Part shown: one piece after another, positions 9,518-19,922 of the stretch
Position numbering within the stretch: position 1 is the first letter of the stretch
Layout: the number at the start of each line of letters is the position of its first letter
Assembly: GCA_023265155.1 (NCBI GenBank)
Contig: JAHFUL010000001.1
Coordinates: 52,516-105,935 of the forward strand
Origin: Acidobacteriota bacterium
GTDB lineage: Bacteria; Acidobacteriota; Vicinamibacteria; Vicinamibacterales; CAVVIG01
Direction: 5' to 3'
DNA: 53,420 nt
The notes under the pieces: generated by a model
The model's input: only the letters and a program-made list of their open reading frames with translations
The model's database searches: none
Told to the model about the DNA's origin: nothing
Program-made: the position numbers and the translations under genes

Positions 9518-11275
9518 ATGGGTTTGTTTCCTCAACAGTTCATCGACGATCTGAAGATGCAGGCCGCCATTCTCCAGGTCGTGCAGGAGTACGTGCCGCT
9601 CAAGCCGGCGGGCACGAGTTACAAGGGTCTGTGCCCCTTTCACTCGGAGAAGACGCCGTCGTTCCATGTCAATCCAGGACGCGGGGTCTTCCATTGTTTT
9701 GGCTGTGGTGTCGGCGGAGACGTCTTCAAGTTTCTGGAGCTGCACGAGAAGGTGACGTTCCCGGAGGCCGTCCGGATGCTCGCGCAGAAATTCGGCGTCA
9801 CCCTGCCGGAATTGAGCGAAGGCAGCGAGGATGCCCGGCGCGACGCGAAGCTGCGCGAAACCCTCCTCAAGATCCACGAGGTTGCGGCGGCGTACTTTCG
9901 CGAGGAGCTCGCCGCCCCCGCTGGAGCGCGCGCCCGCCAGCAACTCGAGGATCGCGGGATGACCGAGCAGACGATCGAGCAGCTCGGTCTGGGATACGCG
10001 CCACGGGAGGGCTTGAAGGGACGGTTGCTGGGTCAGGGATTCGCTCAGGGACTGCTCGTCCAGAGCGGCCTCCTGGTCCAGCGCGACAACGGTGACCTTC
10101 TTGATCGGTTTCGCAATCGGCTGATGGTTCCGATTTGCCGCGACGCGGGCTCCGTCATCGCCTTCGGAGGCCGGTCCATGGAGGCGGATCAGGTTCCCAA
10201 GTACATGAACTCTCCGGAGACGCCGATATACTCCAAGGGACGCACGGTGTACGGGCTGCACCTCACCAAGCCCGCGATCACCAGGCTCGGCTATGTTGTC
10301 CTGGTTGAAGGCTATTTCGATTTCGCTCAGGTGTTTCAGACCCAGGCGGCTCCGGTCGTGGCGTCGTGCGGGACCGCACTGACCCAGCACCAGGCGCAAC
10401 TGCTCCGGCGTCTTACTTCGAAGATCGTGCTCAGCTACGACCCGGACGCCGCCGGTCAAGGCGCCGCCGCCCGATCGTGCGAGCTGCTGGTAGCCGAGGG
10501 GTTCGAGGTCAATGTCGTCCGACTGAATGCGGGCGAGGATCCCGACACGTTCATCCGGCAGAACGGACCCGAGCGGTACAAGGAACGGCTGCGCACGTCG
10601 CGACCCTACCTGGAGTACCTGCTCGACCGGGCGTCAGAGGGGGTCGACTTCGGCCAGGACGACCAGCGACGGCAGTTTCTGAGCAGGATGCTGACCGTGG
10701 CGGCGCAGATCCCGGACGCTGTCGCCCGTGACCAGTTTGCGGACAGAATTGCTCACAAGGCGCGGATTACGGAGGAGCTCGTGCGGGCCGAAATCAGGCG
10801 AGCGGCCATCGCGAAGCGGACCACGGTGACCGCGCGGGAGATGCCCAGCTCGGGCAAGCTGAAGGACGCGGAAAAAGCCCTTATTTGGTGGCTAGTTAAC
10901 CGCCCTGGCGAGTCGCTCCGGGCGCTTGCGGACCTCGACGACTCCGATCTGGCTGGTTCGACCGGCGGGCCCATTTTCGAGGTGGCGCGGTCACTGCAGG
11001 CGGAAAGCGCGGACGTCTTACCATCGACGTTGATCGAGCGTCTAAGTAAAATGGAAGCCCAGCTCGTCACCACGATCGCCTCGGAACGGCAGCCCCCGGC
11101 CTTCAAGGTCGACGATTGCGTCCGCGCGTTGAAGCGGGTGCGCTGCGAACGGGAACACTCCGCGATCCGTCATGAAATCGACCGTCTGCAGCAGCTGGGA
11201 CAGGACGGCGCGCACATGAACACGTTGCTCGCGCAGATGCGCGAGTTGGCTCACCGGATCGAGGATCTACGGTAG
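9518..11275 (+). CDS. dnaG: DNA primase
   Basis: 585 aa with zinc finger CPFHSEKTPSFHVNPGRGVFHCFGCGVGGD and Toprim motifs VLVEGYFD and SYDPDAAG. Confidence 0.95.
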   Translation: MGLFPQQFIDDLKMQAAILQVVQEYVPLKPAGTSYKGLCPFHSEKTPSFHVNPGRGVFHCFGCGVGGDVFKFLELHEKVTFPEAVRMLAQKFGVTLPELSEGSEDARRDAKLRETLLKIHEVAAAYFREELAAPAGARARQQLEDRGMTEQTIEQLGLGYAPREGLKGRLLGQGFAQGLLVQSGLLVQRDNGDLLDRFRNRLMVPICRDAGSVIAFGGRSMEADQVPKYMNSPETPIYSKGRTVYGLHLTKPAITRLGYVVLVEGYFDFAQVFQTQAAPVVASCGTALTQHQAQLLRRLTSKIVLSYDPDAAGQGAAARSCELLVAEGFEVNVVRLNAGEDPDTFIRQNGPERYKERLRTSRPYLEYLLDRASEGVDFGQDDQRRQFLSRMLTVAAQIPDAVARDQFADRIAHKARITEELVRAEIRRAAIAKRTTVTAREMPSSGKLKDAEKALIWWLVNRPGESLRALADLDDSDLAGSTGGPIFEVARSLQAESADVLPSTLIERLSKMEAQLVTTIASERQPPAFKVDDCVRALKRVRCEREHSAIRHEIDRLQQLGQDGAHMNTLLAQMRELAHRIEDLR

Positions 11276-11284
11276 GAGGCACGC

Positions 11285-13000
<1,716 letters not shown>

Positions 13001-13035
13001 GCAGGACAACATCAGGCGGACGACGTAGAATTGAG

Positions 13036-13108
13036 CGGGCCCATAGCTCAACGGTCAGAGCCGCCGGCTCATAACCGGCCCGTTCCAGGTTCGAATCCTG
13101 GTGGGCCC
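13036..13108 (+). tRNA. tRNA with CAT anticodon (Met by anticodon; possibly lysidine-modified tRNA-Ile2)
   Basis: Hand-folded cloverleaf: acceptor GGGCCCA/TGGGCCC, D stem GCTC/GAGC, anticodon stem GCCGG/CCGGC, loop CTCATAA, T arm CCAGG-TTCGAAT-CCTGG, discriminator A, and no encoded CCA. G1-C72 argues against an initiator. Confidence 0.85.
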
Positions 13109-13122
13109 ATTACGATGCGCCG

Positions 13123-13205
13123 CGATTGCAAGTTGCAGATCGCAGGTTGGAGATTGCAAGTGGCAGATGGCAGGTTGGAATTGCAAGTTGCAGATGGCAG
13201 GTTGC
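13123..13205. repeat. 28-bp tandem repeat x3 (GATTGCAAGTTGCAGATSGCAGGTTGGA)
   Basis: Copies at 13123-13150, 13151-13178 and 13179-13205, with a few substitutions. It lies 15 nt downstream of the tRNA. Confidence 0.85.
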
Positions 13206-13310
13206 AGAGTGTCTGAAGTCGCCAGGGCGACACGTTCGCCCGGTGCCCCTGAGGCCCTGGAGACGCTGGCGCGCTCGGCCGGAGTCGAGGGTCGAGCGCG
13301 GTCGAGGACC

Positions 13311-13347
13311 GAGCCCCGGTGCGCAAGCGCCGGGGCTCTTTTTTTTT
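13311..13347 (+). terminator. Rho-independent terminator: 12-bp GC-rich stem, GCAA tetraloop, T9 tract
   Basis: GAGCCCCGGTGC-GCAA-GCGCCGGGGCTC followed by TTTTTTTTT (13339-13347). It is downstream of rpoD-tRNA. Confidence 0.8.
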
Positions 13348-13353
13348 CCGCCC

Positions 13354-14100
13354 ATGCTGCCTGATCTCGAACGCCTGATTGCACTCCAGCGCATCGATTC
13401 CACCGCCGCCGACGCGCGGCGCCGTCTGGCCGAAGAGCCGGAACGTGAGCGCGTGTTCGAGGCGCGCATCGAGACCCTTCGCCTGAAGGTGACAGCGGCC
13501 AAGGAACAGCTCGCAGACAATCAACGCGTCCGCCGCGGAGTGGAGAAGGACGTGGCCGTCCACCAGGGCCGCCTCTCGAAGTTCCGCGAGCAGCTCATGT
13601 CGGTCAAGACCAACGTCGAGTATCAGGCGATGCAGAAGGAAATCGAGTTCGCACAGCGGGAAGTGAAGGCCCTCGAAGACCAGATCCTCGAACGCATGCT
13701 GGAGGCGGACGACCTGACGGCGGCCGCCAAACGCGCGGAGCTCGAGCTGGCATCGGAGCAGAAGGCGGTGGAAGCCGAACGGCGCCTCCAGTCCACTGAG
13801 CACGACGAACTGAAGCAATCACTCGAACGCGTCAGCCAGGAACGCGCGGACCTGGTCACGGCGCTCGACCCCAAGATGCTGGTTCTGTTCGACCTCGTCT
13901 CGAAACGGCGCAACGGGGTAGCCGTGGCGGAAGCGCGCGACGGCATCTGCACGATCTGCCACGTGCGGCTGCGCCCGCAGGTGTTCAATACCGTCCGCCG
14001 CAACGAAGAAATCGTTCAGTGCGACAGCTGCAACCGCATCCTGTACTTCACACCGGCGGCTCCCGCATCTGCCGAAGCTGCCGCGCAGCCGGCGCCATGA
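13354..14100 (+). CDS. Coiled-coil / C4 zinc-ribbon protein (COG1579, DUF164-like)
   Basis: 249 aa from ATG 13354. A long heptad-rich region is followed by CTICHVRL...CDSCNRILY (two CxxC pairs). Confidence 0.8.
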   Translation: MLPDLERLIALQRIDSTAADARRRLAEEPERERVFEARIETLRLKVTAAKEQLADNQRVRRGVEKDVAVHQGRLSKFREQLMSVKTNVEYQAMQKEIEFAQREVKALEDQILERMLEADDLTAAAKRAELELASEQKAVEAERRLQSTEHDELKQSLERVSQERADLVTALDPKMLVLFDLVSKRRNGVAVAEARDGICTICHVRLRPQVFNTVRRNEEIVQCDSCNRILYFTPAAPASAEAAAQPAP

Positions 14101-14112
14101 CCCTTCGCTTCC

Positions 14113-14256
14113 GCTCAGGGCAGGCCCTTCGGCTCTGCTCGGGGCAGGCCCGTCGGCTCCGCTCAGGGCAGGCTCGTCGGCTCCGCTCAGGGCAGGCCCG
14201 TCGGCTCCGCTCAGGGCAGGCACTCCGCGTTCGCTCAGGGCAGGCGTCTCCGCTCT
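14113..14256. repeat. 24-bp tandem repeat x6 (GCTCAGGGCAGGCCCGTCGGCTCC)
   Basis: Unit starts at 14113, 14137, 14161, 14185, 14209 and 14233. It fills the spacer between the COG1579 gene and rnhA. Confidence 0.85.
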
Positions 14257-14272
14257 CCTCGAGGCAGCGTTC

Positions 14273-14677
14273 GTGATCGTGGCCTACATAGACGGGGGGG
14301 CTCGAGGCAATCCGGGGCCGGCGGGCTACGGCGTGCGAATCGAGCAGGAAGATGGCACGCTCATCGAGGAATTCGGCGGGTCCATCGGCGTCGCGACGAA
14401 CAACGTCGCGGAGTACCGAGGGTTGATCGCCGCCCTGGAGTGGGCGCGCTCGCAGGGCCACAAGGCGCTTCGCGTGCGATCGGACTCGCTCCTCCTCGTG
14501 CAGCAGATGCGCGGGTTTTACAAGGTGAAGCATCCCGGCCTGCAGCCCCTGCATGCCAGGTCCCGCCTTCTGGCCCACGAGATTGGACGCGTCACGTACG
14601 AACACGTGCGCCGTGAGTCGAACGCGCACGCCGATCGGCTCGCGAACACGGCTATGGACGACGCCGGACCGACTTGA
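14273..14677 (+). CDS. rnhA: Ribonuclease HI
   Basis: 134 aa, starting MIVAYIDGGARGNPGPAGYGV, with NNVAEYRGLIAAL and NAHADRLAN (DEDD-type catalytic residues). GTG start. Confidence 0.88.
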   Translation: MIVAYIDGGARGNPGPAGYGVRIEQEDGTLIEEFGGSIGVATNNVAEYRGLIAALEWARSQGHKALRVRSDSLLLVQQMRGFYKVKHPGLQPLHARSRLLAHEIGRVTYEHVRRESNAHADRLANTAMDDAGPT

Positions 14678-15491
14678 TCGCCCCGGCCAGACGACCTGCC
14701 GGCGCACCATCCCGCCGGTAGGAACAGAGCGCGCCCGGATGACTCGCGGTGCAGATCTCTGCGAGGAAGATCTGCGCGGATCGCACACCAGCCGCGATCA
14801 ACTGGCCGCGCGTGCATGCCCATCCGTCGAAGAACCAGCGACCCGGGCGCCCCTTCGCCTCGAGGCCCGGCATGGACGGATTGCGCGACGTCGGAACGGG
14901 CGCGTTCACAAACCACTCGTCCAACTCCTTTCTGCTGAAGCCCGCCAGCGTGAAGCCTTCGCGGACATCCGGACCCACCTCGTAGCAGCACGCGCCAATC
15001 GACGGGCCGGCAGCGGCGACAAGATCCTCGACGCGACTGCCGCACTCGCGCGCAAGCGCGTCAACGGCCGCTGCGGGCACCCGCCCAGCCAGCCCCCGCC
15101 AGCCCGCGTGGGCTGCGGCTACCGCTCCCGTTCGACGATCGGCGATGAGGAGCGGCACGCAGTCGGCAACGCGGATCGCCAGCGCGAACGCCGGATCGTC
15201 GGACACGATGATGTCGGCATCCTGCCGGATGGCGACGCCCCCGCGGGCAATCGCCATCTCAGCGCCGTGCACCTGTCGGACGCGCACGAGCCGCCGCTCA
15301 TCGACCTCGAGCGCGGCGGCGACCTCGTTCCATCGCTCTGTATCATCGCTCTCGAGCGTTCGAGAGCCGAGCCGCCAGTGGCGTGTCGTGAACAGATGCG
15401 GCGCGAACGGTTCGAGCGGACGGCAGACCAGACCGGGCACACCATCGATCCCGACCCATTCGAACGATGTGGTGGGGGATGGCAGTATCAT
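14652..15491 (-). CDS. pgeF: Peptidoglycan editing factor PgeF / YfiH (Cu-oxidase_4, laccase-domain family)
   Basis: 279 aa with family-typical segments HLFTTR, VRQVHG, ADCVPLL, AAAHAGWRG and GPSIGACCYEVG. Its 3' end overlaps the convergent rnhA by 26 nt. Confidence 0.85.
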   Translation of the reverse strand: MILPSPTTSFEWVGIDGVPGLVCRPLEPFAPHLFTTRHWRLGSRTLESDDTERWNEVAAALEVDERRLVRVRQVHGAEMAIARGGVAIRQDADIIVSDDPAFALAIRVADCVPLLIADRRTGAVAAAHAGWRGLAGRVPAAAVDALARECGSRVEDLVAAAGPSIGACCYEVGPDVREGFTLAGFSRKELDEWFVNAPVPTSRNPSMPGLEAKGRPGRWFFDGWACTRGQLIAAGVRSAQIFLAEICTASHPGALCSYRRDGAPAGRLAGAIKSVRRRP

Positions 15492-15500
15492 TCGCTATAG

Positions 15501-15884
15501 GTGTCTCACATCATAGGCACGGGCATCGACGCCACCGATATCAGCCGCATCTCGGACGCCATCGACAAGTACGGCGACCGGTTTCTCCGGCGCGTCTTCA
15601 CCGATGGTGAAATGGCGTACTGCAACCGCCGGCGCGTGCCTGCGATTCACTTTGCGGCTCGATTTGCGGCCAAGGAAGCGGCGATGAAGGCCCTCGGCAC
15701 CGGGCATACGCAAAACGTCCTGTGGCGCGGAGTGGAGGTCGTCCGTCATGGCGGCCCCCCGCAACTGCAGTTTCATGGGGGCGCCGAAAGACGATTCAAC
15801 GCACTCGGCGCGCAGTCTTCCCTCCTGACCATCACCCATTCCCAGCACCTCGCTCTCGCTCACGTGCTGCTCCTCGGACCCTGA
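15501..15884 (+). CDS. acpS: Holo-[acyl-carrier-protein] synthase
   Basis: 127 aa. The N-terminus IIGTGIDATDISRI and FAAKEAAMKALG are typical of the 4'-phosphopantetheinyl transferase AcpS. GTG start. Confidence 0.88.
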   Translation: MSHIIGTGIDATDISRISDAIDKYGDRFLRRVFTDGEMAYCNRRRVPAIHFAARFAAKEAAMKALGTGHTQNVLWRGVEVVRHGGPPQLQFHGGAERRFNALGAQSSLLTITHSQHLALAHVLLLGP

Positions 15885-16180
15885 GAGCTCTCTCAAGCCG
15901 GGCTCAGTCGCGCAAGCACGAAAGAAACCTCCGCGAATGGCATTCATGAGATGACGTTTCGTCAACCCGCGTTGTCGTTCCTGCGGGCTGTCGCGGGCCC
16001 GCGTGCGAGCGCTCCTCGGCTCAGCCTGTAACTTCCCCCAATTGAGCACGTTACGGAACCATGTGCGGGTTGCTCCTCCCGGCATGTCGCTTGATGTGAT
16101 CGCTCACGTCCAGGTTGTTCACGAGCGGCCTGTCGCAGGCCGCTGACGAGCGCCACAAGCGCAGAAGAGGAGCGTGTCGC

Positions 16181-16486
16181 ATGACCGTCAAGATTACGCC
16201 AAACGACAAAGGCAACCCGCCGGGAAAGCTCGCCGAGGCGGAGCTGCATTTCGCCGACGGGCCGCTCGAAGGGTTGAAGTTGATCGGCTTCGCGATCTGG
16301 GAACGTCGAGGCGCTGCGGGCGGGCGCAATGTCACATTTCCGGCACGGTCATACAGCGTCAACGGCGAGCGTCGCAGCTTTGCGCTGCTCCGTCCGATTG
16401 TCGACGCAACCGCCCAGAGCAAGCTGCGAGACATCGTGCTCGAAGCGTTTCAGGAATACGAAGAGCGCGCGGCCATCGCGTCGTAG
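16181..16486 (+). CDS. Small conserved protein, possibly SpoVG-like fold
   Basis: 101 aa from ATG 16181, preceded by GAGGAG. The pattern GKLAEAELHF...LKLIGFAIWER...VTFPARSY..GERRSF.LLRPI...SKLRDIVLEAF loosely parallels SpoVG. Weak manual similarity only. Confidence 0.4.
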   Translation: MTVKITPNDKGNPPGKLAEAELHFADGPLEGLKLIGFAIWERRGAAGGRNVTFPARSYSVNGERRSFALLRPIVDATAQSKLRDIVLEAFQEYEERAAIAS

Positions 16487-16516
16487 GACGCGACCAAGAA
16501 TGACCACGAACGTGTA

Positions 16517-16581
16517 TCACGAAGTCACGAAAGCCACGATGATTCCTTTGAGATCCTTCGTGTTCTTCGTCCTTCGTGATG
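16517..16581. repeat. Hairpin built from CACGAAG-type heptamers (left arm) and CTTCGTG (right arm)
   Basis: ATCACGAAG (16517-16525) pairs perfectly with CTTCGTGAT (16573-16581), and the interior is partially paired. It lies between convergent genes. Confidence 0.7.
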
Positions 16582-16665
16582 AACAGGCGACGGCCACTGT
16601 TCTGAAGCCGGACTGAATCAGCGTGGACAGGCCACGAGTTCGCCGAGCGCGCGACTGGCCGCCAG

Positions 16666-18408
16666 CTAGTCAATCATCGGCAGGAGCTTCGCGTTCTCCT
16701 GCTGACGCTTGGGTGGAAGCGTCCATTCTTCGCGAAGGGACTTGTCGTATTCGGCGTGGAAGAAGGTCGCCTTCATGCCGCCGTCGATGATGTCCCAGGG
16801 AAGCGCGGCGTCGCGGCTGCGATCGCGGAAGATGTAGGCATCCGCGTCGAGTCCGGTCTCCGCGACCGCGGCGCGCCAGTTCTGCCCGTTGCGTTCGGCG
16901 GCTTCGATCGACGGGGCGACCCGGCGATCGCCGAGCGACAACAGCGCCTGGTAGTAGGAGTGTCGTTCGGACTTGATGTTGAAGTAGACGTTGTCGATGC
17001 CGGCCATCAGATTGCGCAGGCGCTTGATCTTCCGCTCCGTGACGGCCGGATCTTCCATCGGCAGCCACTGGAACGCCGTGCCCGGCTTGGGAATCAACGG
17101 GTTCACGCTGCCGACAATGCGGCCGACGTCGCCGCGCGAGCGAGCATGCCTCAGCATCCGATCGCGCATCTGGAGCGTGAGGTCACGGATGGCGACGAGG
17201 TCCTCATCGGTTTCCGTGGGGAGCCCGATCATGTAATAGAGCTTCAGGTTCTCGATGCCGCTCGCGAAAATCAGCTCCGCCTTGTCGAGGATCTCATCGT
17301 TGGTCACCGTCTTGTTGATCACGCGCCGCAAGCGGTCCGACCCGGTCTCGGGGGCAATGGTGATCCCGCGTTCTCCGCTCGCCTTGAGCACCCGGACGAT
17401 CGACTCGGTCAGATCGTCGAGCCGCAGCGACGCCGGGCTGATGGCGTAGCCCATCTCGTAGAGGCGCGCGAGAATGCGCTCGATGTCGGGATGGTCGCAG
17501 AGCGCGATGGACACGAGGCCGACACGGCTCGCGTGGGCGCGCGCCGCGTCGGCCAGCTCGAGAATCCGCTCCGTGGGAAACGCGCGGACCGGCAGATAGT
17601 TGTAGCCGGCCCAGCAGAACCGGCACAGATTCGCGCACCCCCGCACCACTTCAATCAGAAAGCGGGAGCCGAACTCCGTTTCAGGGGTGAAAATGCCGGT
17701 CGCTGGAGGATCGAGCGCGTCCGTGGTCTTGACGGCGGCCTTGCGCACGGGGAGCGGGGCCCCCGGTTCGGTCGTGGTGAAGCCGGACAGGAAGCCCTCG
17801 GCGCCGTACTGCGGCTCGTAGAACGACGGCACGTAGAACCCGCGCTCGCGGGTCAGCCGGCGAAGCAGATCCGGGCGATCGATCGCTTCCCGGAACGCCC
17901 GCTCGAACGAGGGCACGAGCATCTCGCCCTCACCGGCCGCGATCACATCTGCAAAGGGTGCGAGCGGCTCCGGATTGACGAACGTCACAGCGCCGCCGAT
18001 GACGATGAGCGGATGGTGCGAGGTGCGTTCCGCCGCATACCGGGGGATGCCGGCGAGCCGAAGAAGCGTCAGTACGTTCACGTAGTCCCACTCGAAGGAC
18101 ACGGAGAAGGCGACGACGTCGAGCTCACCGACCGGGGTTTGCGACTCGAGCGTGAGGAGCGGGGCCCGCGAGGCCAGCAGATCCGCGAGCTCCTGTTTCG
18201 GCGGCAGAAACACGCGCTCGCACACGATGTCGTCCTGGTCGTTGAACAGACGATAGACCGTCTGGAAACCGAGGTTCGACATACCGACCCAGTAGGTGTT
18301 GGGAAACGCGAGCGCAACGCGCAAACGACCGCCGTGCGGCTTGCGGATGTAGCCGGTTTCTTTTGCGAGCGTGTCGAGTGCGCGTTCGCGCTGTTGCCAG
18401 GACTTCAA
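16666..18408 (-). CDS. B12-binding-domain radical SAM protein (resembles the uncharacterised TIGR03960-type family)
   Basis: 580 aa. The N-terminal region ALAFPNTYWVGMSNLGFQTVYRLFN is followed by the radical SAM cluster motif CANLCRFC. TTG start as read. Confidence 0.8.
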   Translation of the reverse strand: MKSWQQRERALDTLAKETGYIRKPHGGRLRVALAFPNTYWVGMSNLGFQTVYRLFNDQDDIVCERVFLPPKQELADLLASRAPLLTLESQTPVGELDVVAFSVSFEWDYVNVLTLLRLAGIPRYAAERTSHHPLIVIGGAVTFVNPEPLAPFADVIAAGEGEMLVPSFERAFREAIDRPDLLRRLTRERGFYVPSFYEPQYGAEGFLSGFTTTEPGAPLPVRKAAVKTTDALDPPATGIFTPETEFGSRFLIEVVRGCANLCRFCWAGYNYLPVRAFPTERILELADAARAHASRVGLVSIALCDHPDIERILARLYEMGYAISPASLRLDDLTESIVRVLKASGERGITIAPETGSDRLRRVINKTVTNDEILDKAELIFASGIENLKLYYMIGLPTETDEDLVAIRDLTLQMRDRMLRHARSRGDVGRIVGSVNPLIPKPGTAFQWLPMEDPAVTERKIKRLRNLMAGIDNVYFNIKSERHSYYQALLSLGDRRVAPSIEAAERNGQNWRAAVAETGLDADAYIFRDRSRDAALPWDIIDGGMKATFFHAEYDKSLREEWTLPPKRQQENAKLLPMID

Positions 18409-18560
18409 AGATGCCAGGAAGATTCAGAGTACCCAGCGTACGGCGGTTGACGCTGAGGCGCCGGCGTTCCCGTGTGCCGTGGATCTATTTACTCTACCAC
18501 CGCGAGTCCTGCCCACCTGGCAAGGGCCGGCCTGCATGAGCTGGCGTGCGTCGGCCCGCC

Positions 18561-19841
18561 TCAGCCCTCCTGACGGCGCAGGAAGGCCGGCACATCAAAC
18601 GTCGAGCTGTGATCCAGGTCCGGGTCGATGGCTCCGGCTTGTCCCTCGGCCGCCGCTGCCGGCATCGGAGCGCCGGAGGCAGCGAGCGAGAGGTCCAGGA
18701 GCGGGCGACGCGCGAGCGACAGGCGAGACGCCGCCGCTGTGGCGGCTGCGGGCTCTGCGCGCATACGCACGTGATCGGTGTAGCCCGACATGTCCACGGG
18801 CGTCTGCACCCCCTCCGTCCTCGGTCGTGCCGCCAGATGCGGTCCAAAGCCGGTGGCGATCACCGTAATCTTGACCTTGCCCTTCAGGGCCGGGTCTACG
18901 ACCGCACCAAACATGATGGTCGCATCCTCGTCGGCCGCCTCCTGGACGATGGTGGACGCATCGCTCACTTCGACCAGCGACAAATCCGGACCACCGGTGA
19001 TGTTGATGATGACGCCGCGCGCGCCGTTGACCGACGCCCCCTCGAGGAGCGGGCTCGAGATGGCCCGGCGTGCGGCTTCGACCGCGCGATCCTGACCTTC
19101 GGCAACGCCCGTGCCCATCATGGCGAAACCCATCCCGGCCATGATCGTCTTCACATCGGCGAAGTCGAGGTTGACGAGCCCCGGCACCAGAATCAGGTCC
19201 GAGATCCCCTGAATGGCCTGCCGGAGCACGTCGTCCGCGGTCGCGAAGGCGTCCGTGAGCGGCGTGGCGCGATCGATAATTGTCAGCAGCCGTTCGTTGG
19301 GGATGGTAATGATCGTATCGACACAGTCACGGAGCGCTTCAAGGCCCCGCTCCGCCTGCAGTTGCCGCTTCTTCCCTTCGAACTTGAACGGCTTGGTGAC
19401 GACGGCGACCGTGAGGGCGCCGAGCTCGCTGGCAAGGCAGGCAATGACGGGCGCAGCGCCCGTGCCGGTGCCACCGCCGAGCCCCGTGGCGATGAAGATC
19501 ATCTCGGCTCCGTCGAGGGCCTGAATGATCTGCTCGGTGTCCTCGAGCGCCGCTGAGCGGCCGACGCTGGGGTCGGCCCCCGCGCCCCGGCCATTGGTGA
19601 GCTTCGACCCGATCTGCAGTTTGATCTGCGCCGCGTTCTGCCTGAGCGCCTGCAGGTCGGTGTTGGCCACGATGAACTGGACGCCATCGAGGCCCGCGCG
19701 AACCATGCGGTTGACGGCGTTGCTGCCCCCACCACCGACTCCGATCACCTTGATGCGCGCCCCCGCTTCCGGCTCCTCGGCAAGTCGCAGCCGCAGCGTG
19801 GCCTCCCGAGTTTCGTCGTCAGGTGTCTGAAAGTCGGCCAT
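18561..19841 (-). CDS. ftsZ: Cell division protein FtsZ
   Basis: 426 aa with tubulin signature [13 protein letters not shown] and C-terminal peptide DVPAFLRRQ. Confidence 0.97.
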   Translation of the reverse strand: MADFQTPDDETREATLRLRLAEEPEAGARIKVIGVGGGGSNAVNRMVRAGLDGVQFIVANTDLQALRQNAAQIKLQIGSKLTNGRGAGADPSVGRSAALEDTEQIIQALDGAEMIFIATGLGGGTGTGAAPVIACLASELGALTVAVVTKPFKFEGKKRQLQAERGLEALRDCVDTIITIPNERLLTIIDRATPLTDAFATADDVLRQAIQGISDLILVPGLVNLDFADVKTIMAGMGFAMMGTGVAEGQDRAVEAARRAISSPLLEGASVNGARGVIINITGGPDLSLVEVSDASTIVQEAADEDATIMFGAVVDPALKGKVKITVIATGFGPHLAARPRTEGVQTPVDMSGYTDHVRMRAEPAAATAAASRLSLARRPLLDLSLAASGAPMPAAAAEGQAGAIDPDLDHSSTFDVPAFLRRQEG

Positions 19842-19922
19842 GTGAGACTCCTCGAGGCGCGAGCGCTCCGGCCCGCGCGAGTGGGGCGGGCTGTCACGCC
19901 CGCGACGTGTACTGCAAGTCGG

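Noticed and set aside
9415-10095. 226-aa ORF starting with an HHSITPS repeat peptide (also 9190..9426 on the minus strand)
   Set aside because: The underlying repeat has an 8-bp period, not a multiple of 3. The ORF runs out of frame through the well-supported dnaG gene.
13036-13310. tRNA-associated genomic island or integration site
   Set aside because: There is no integrase, no direct repeat of the tRNA 3' end, and the flanking genes are core housekeeping.
14019-14276. 85-aa ORF encoding RSGQARRL octapeptide repeats (and the minus-strand ALSGADGP ORF 13819..14223)
   Set aside because: Both derive from the 24-bp minisatellite, overlap the 3' end of the COG1579 gene or the rnhA start, and lack a credible start or RBS context. 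Coding cannot be fully excluded because the period is a multiple of 3.
15885-16180. Possible small RNA gene (SRP, 6S or other) in the 296-bp acpS to SpoVG-like spacer
   Set aside because: No conserved SRP domain IV motif or other recognisable ncRNA signature, only a short GCGGCCTG/CAGGCCGC hairpin.
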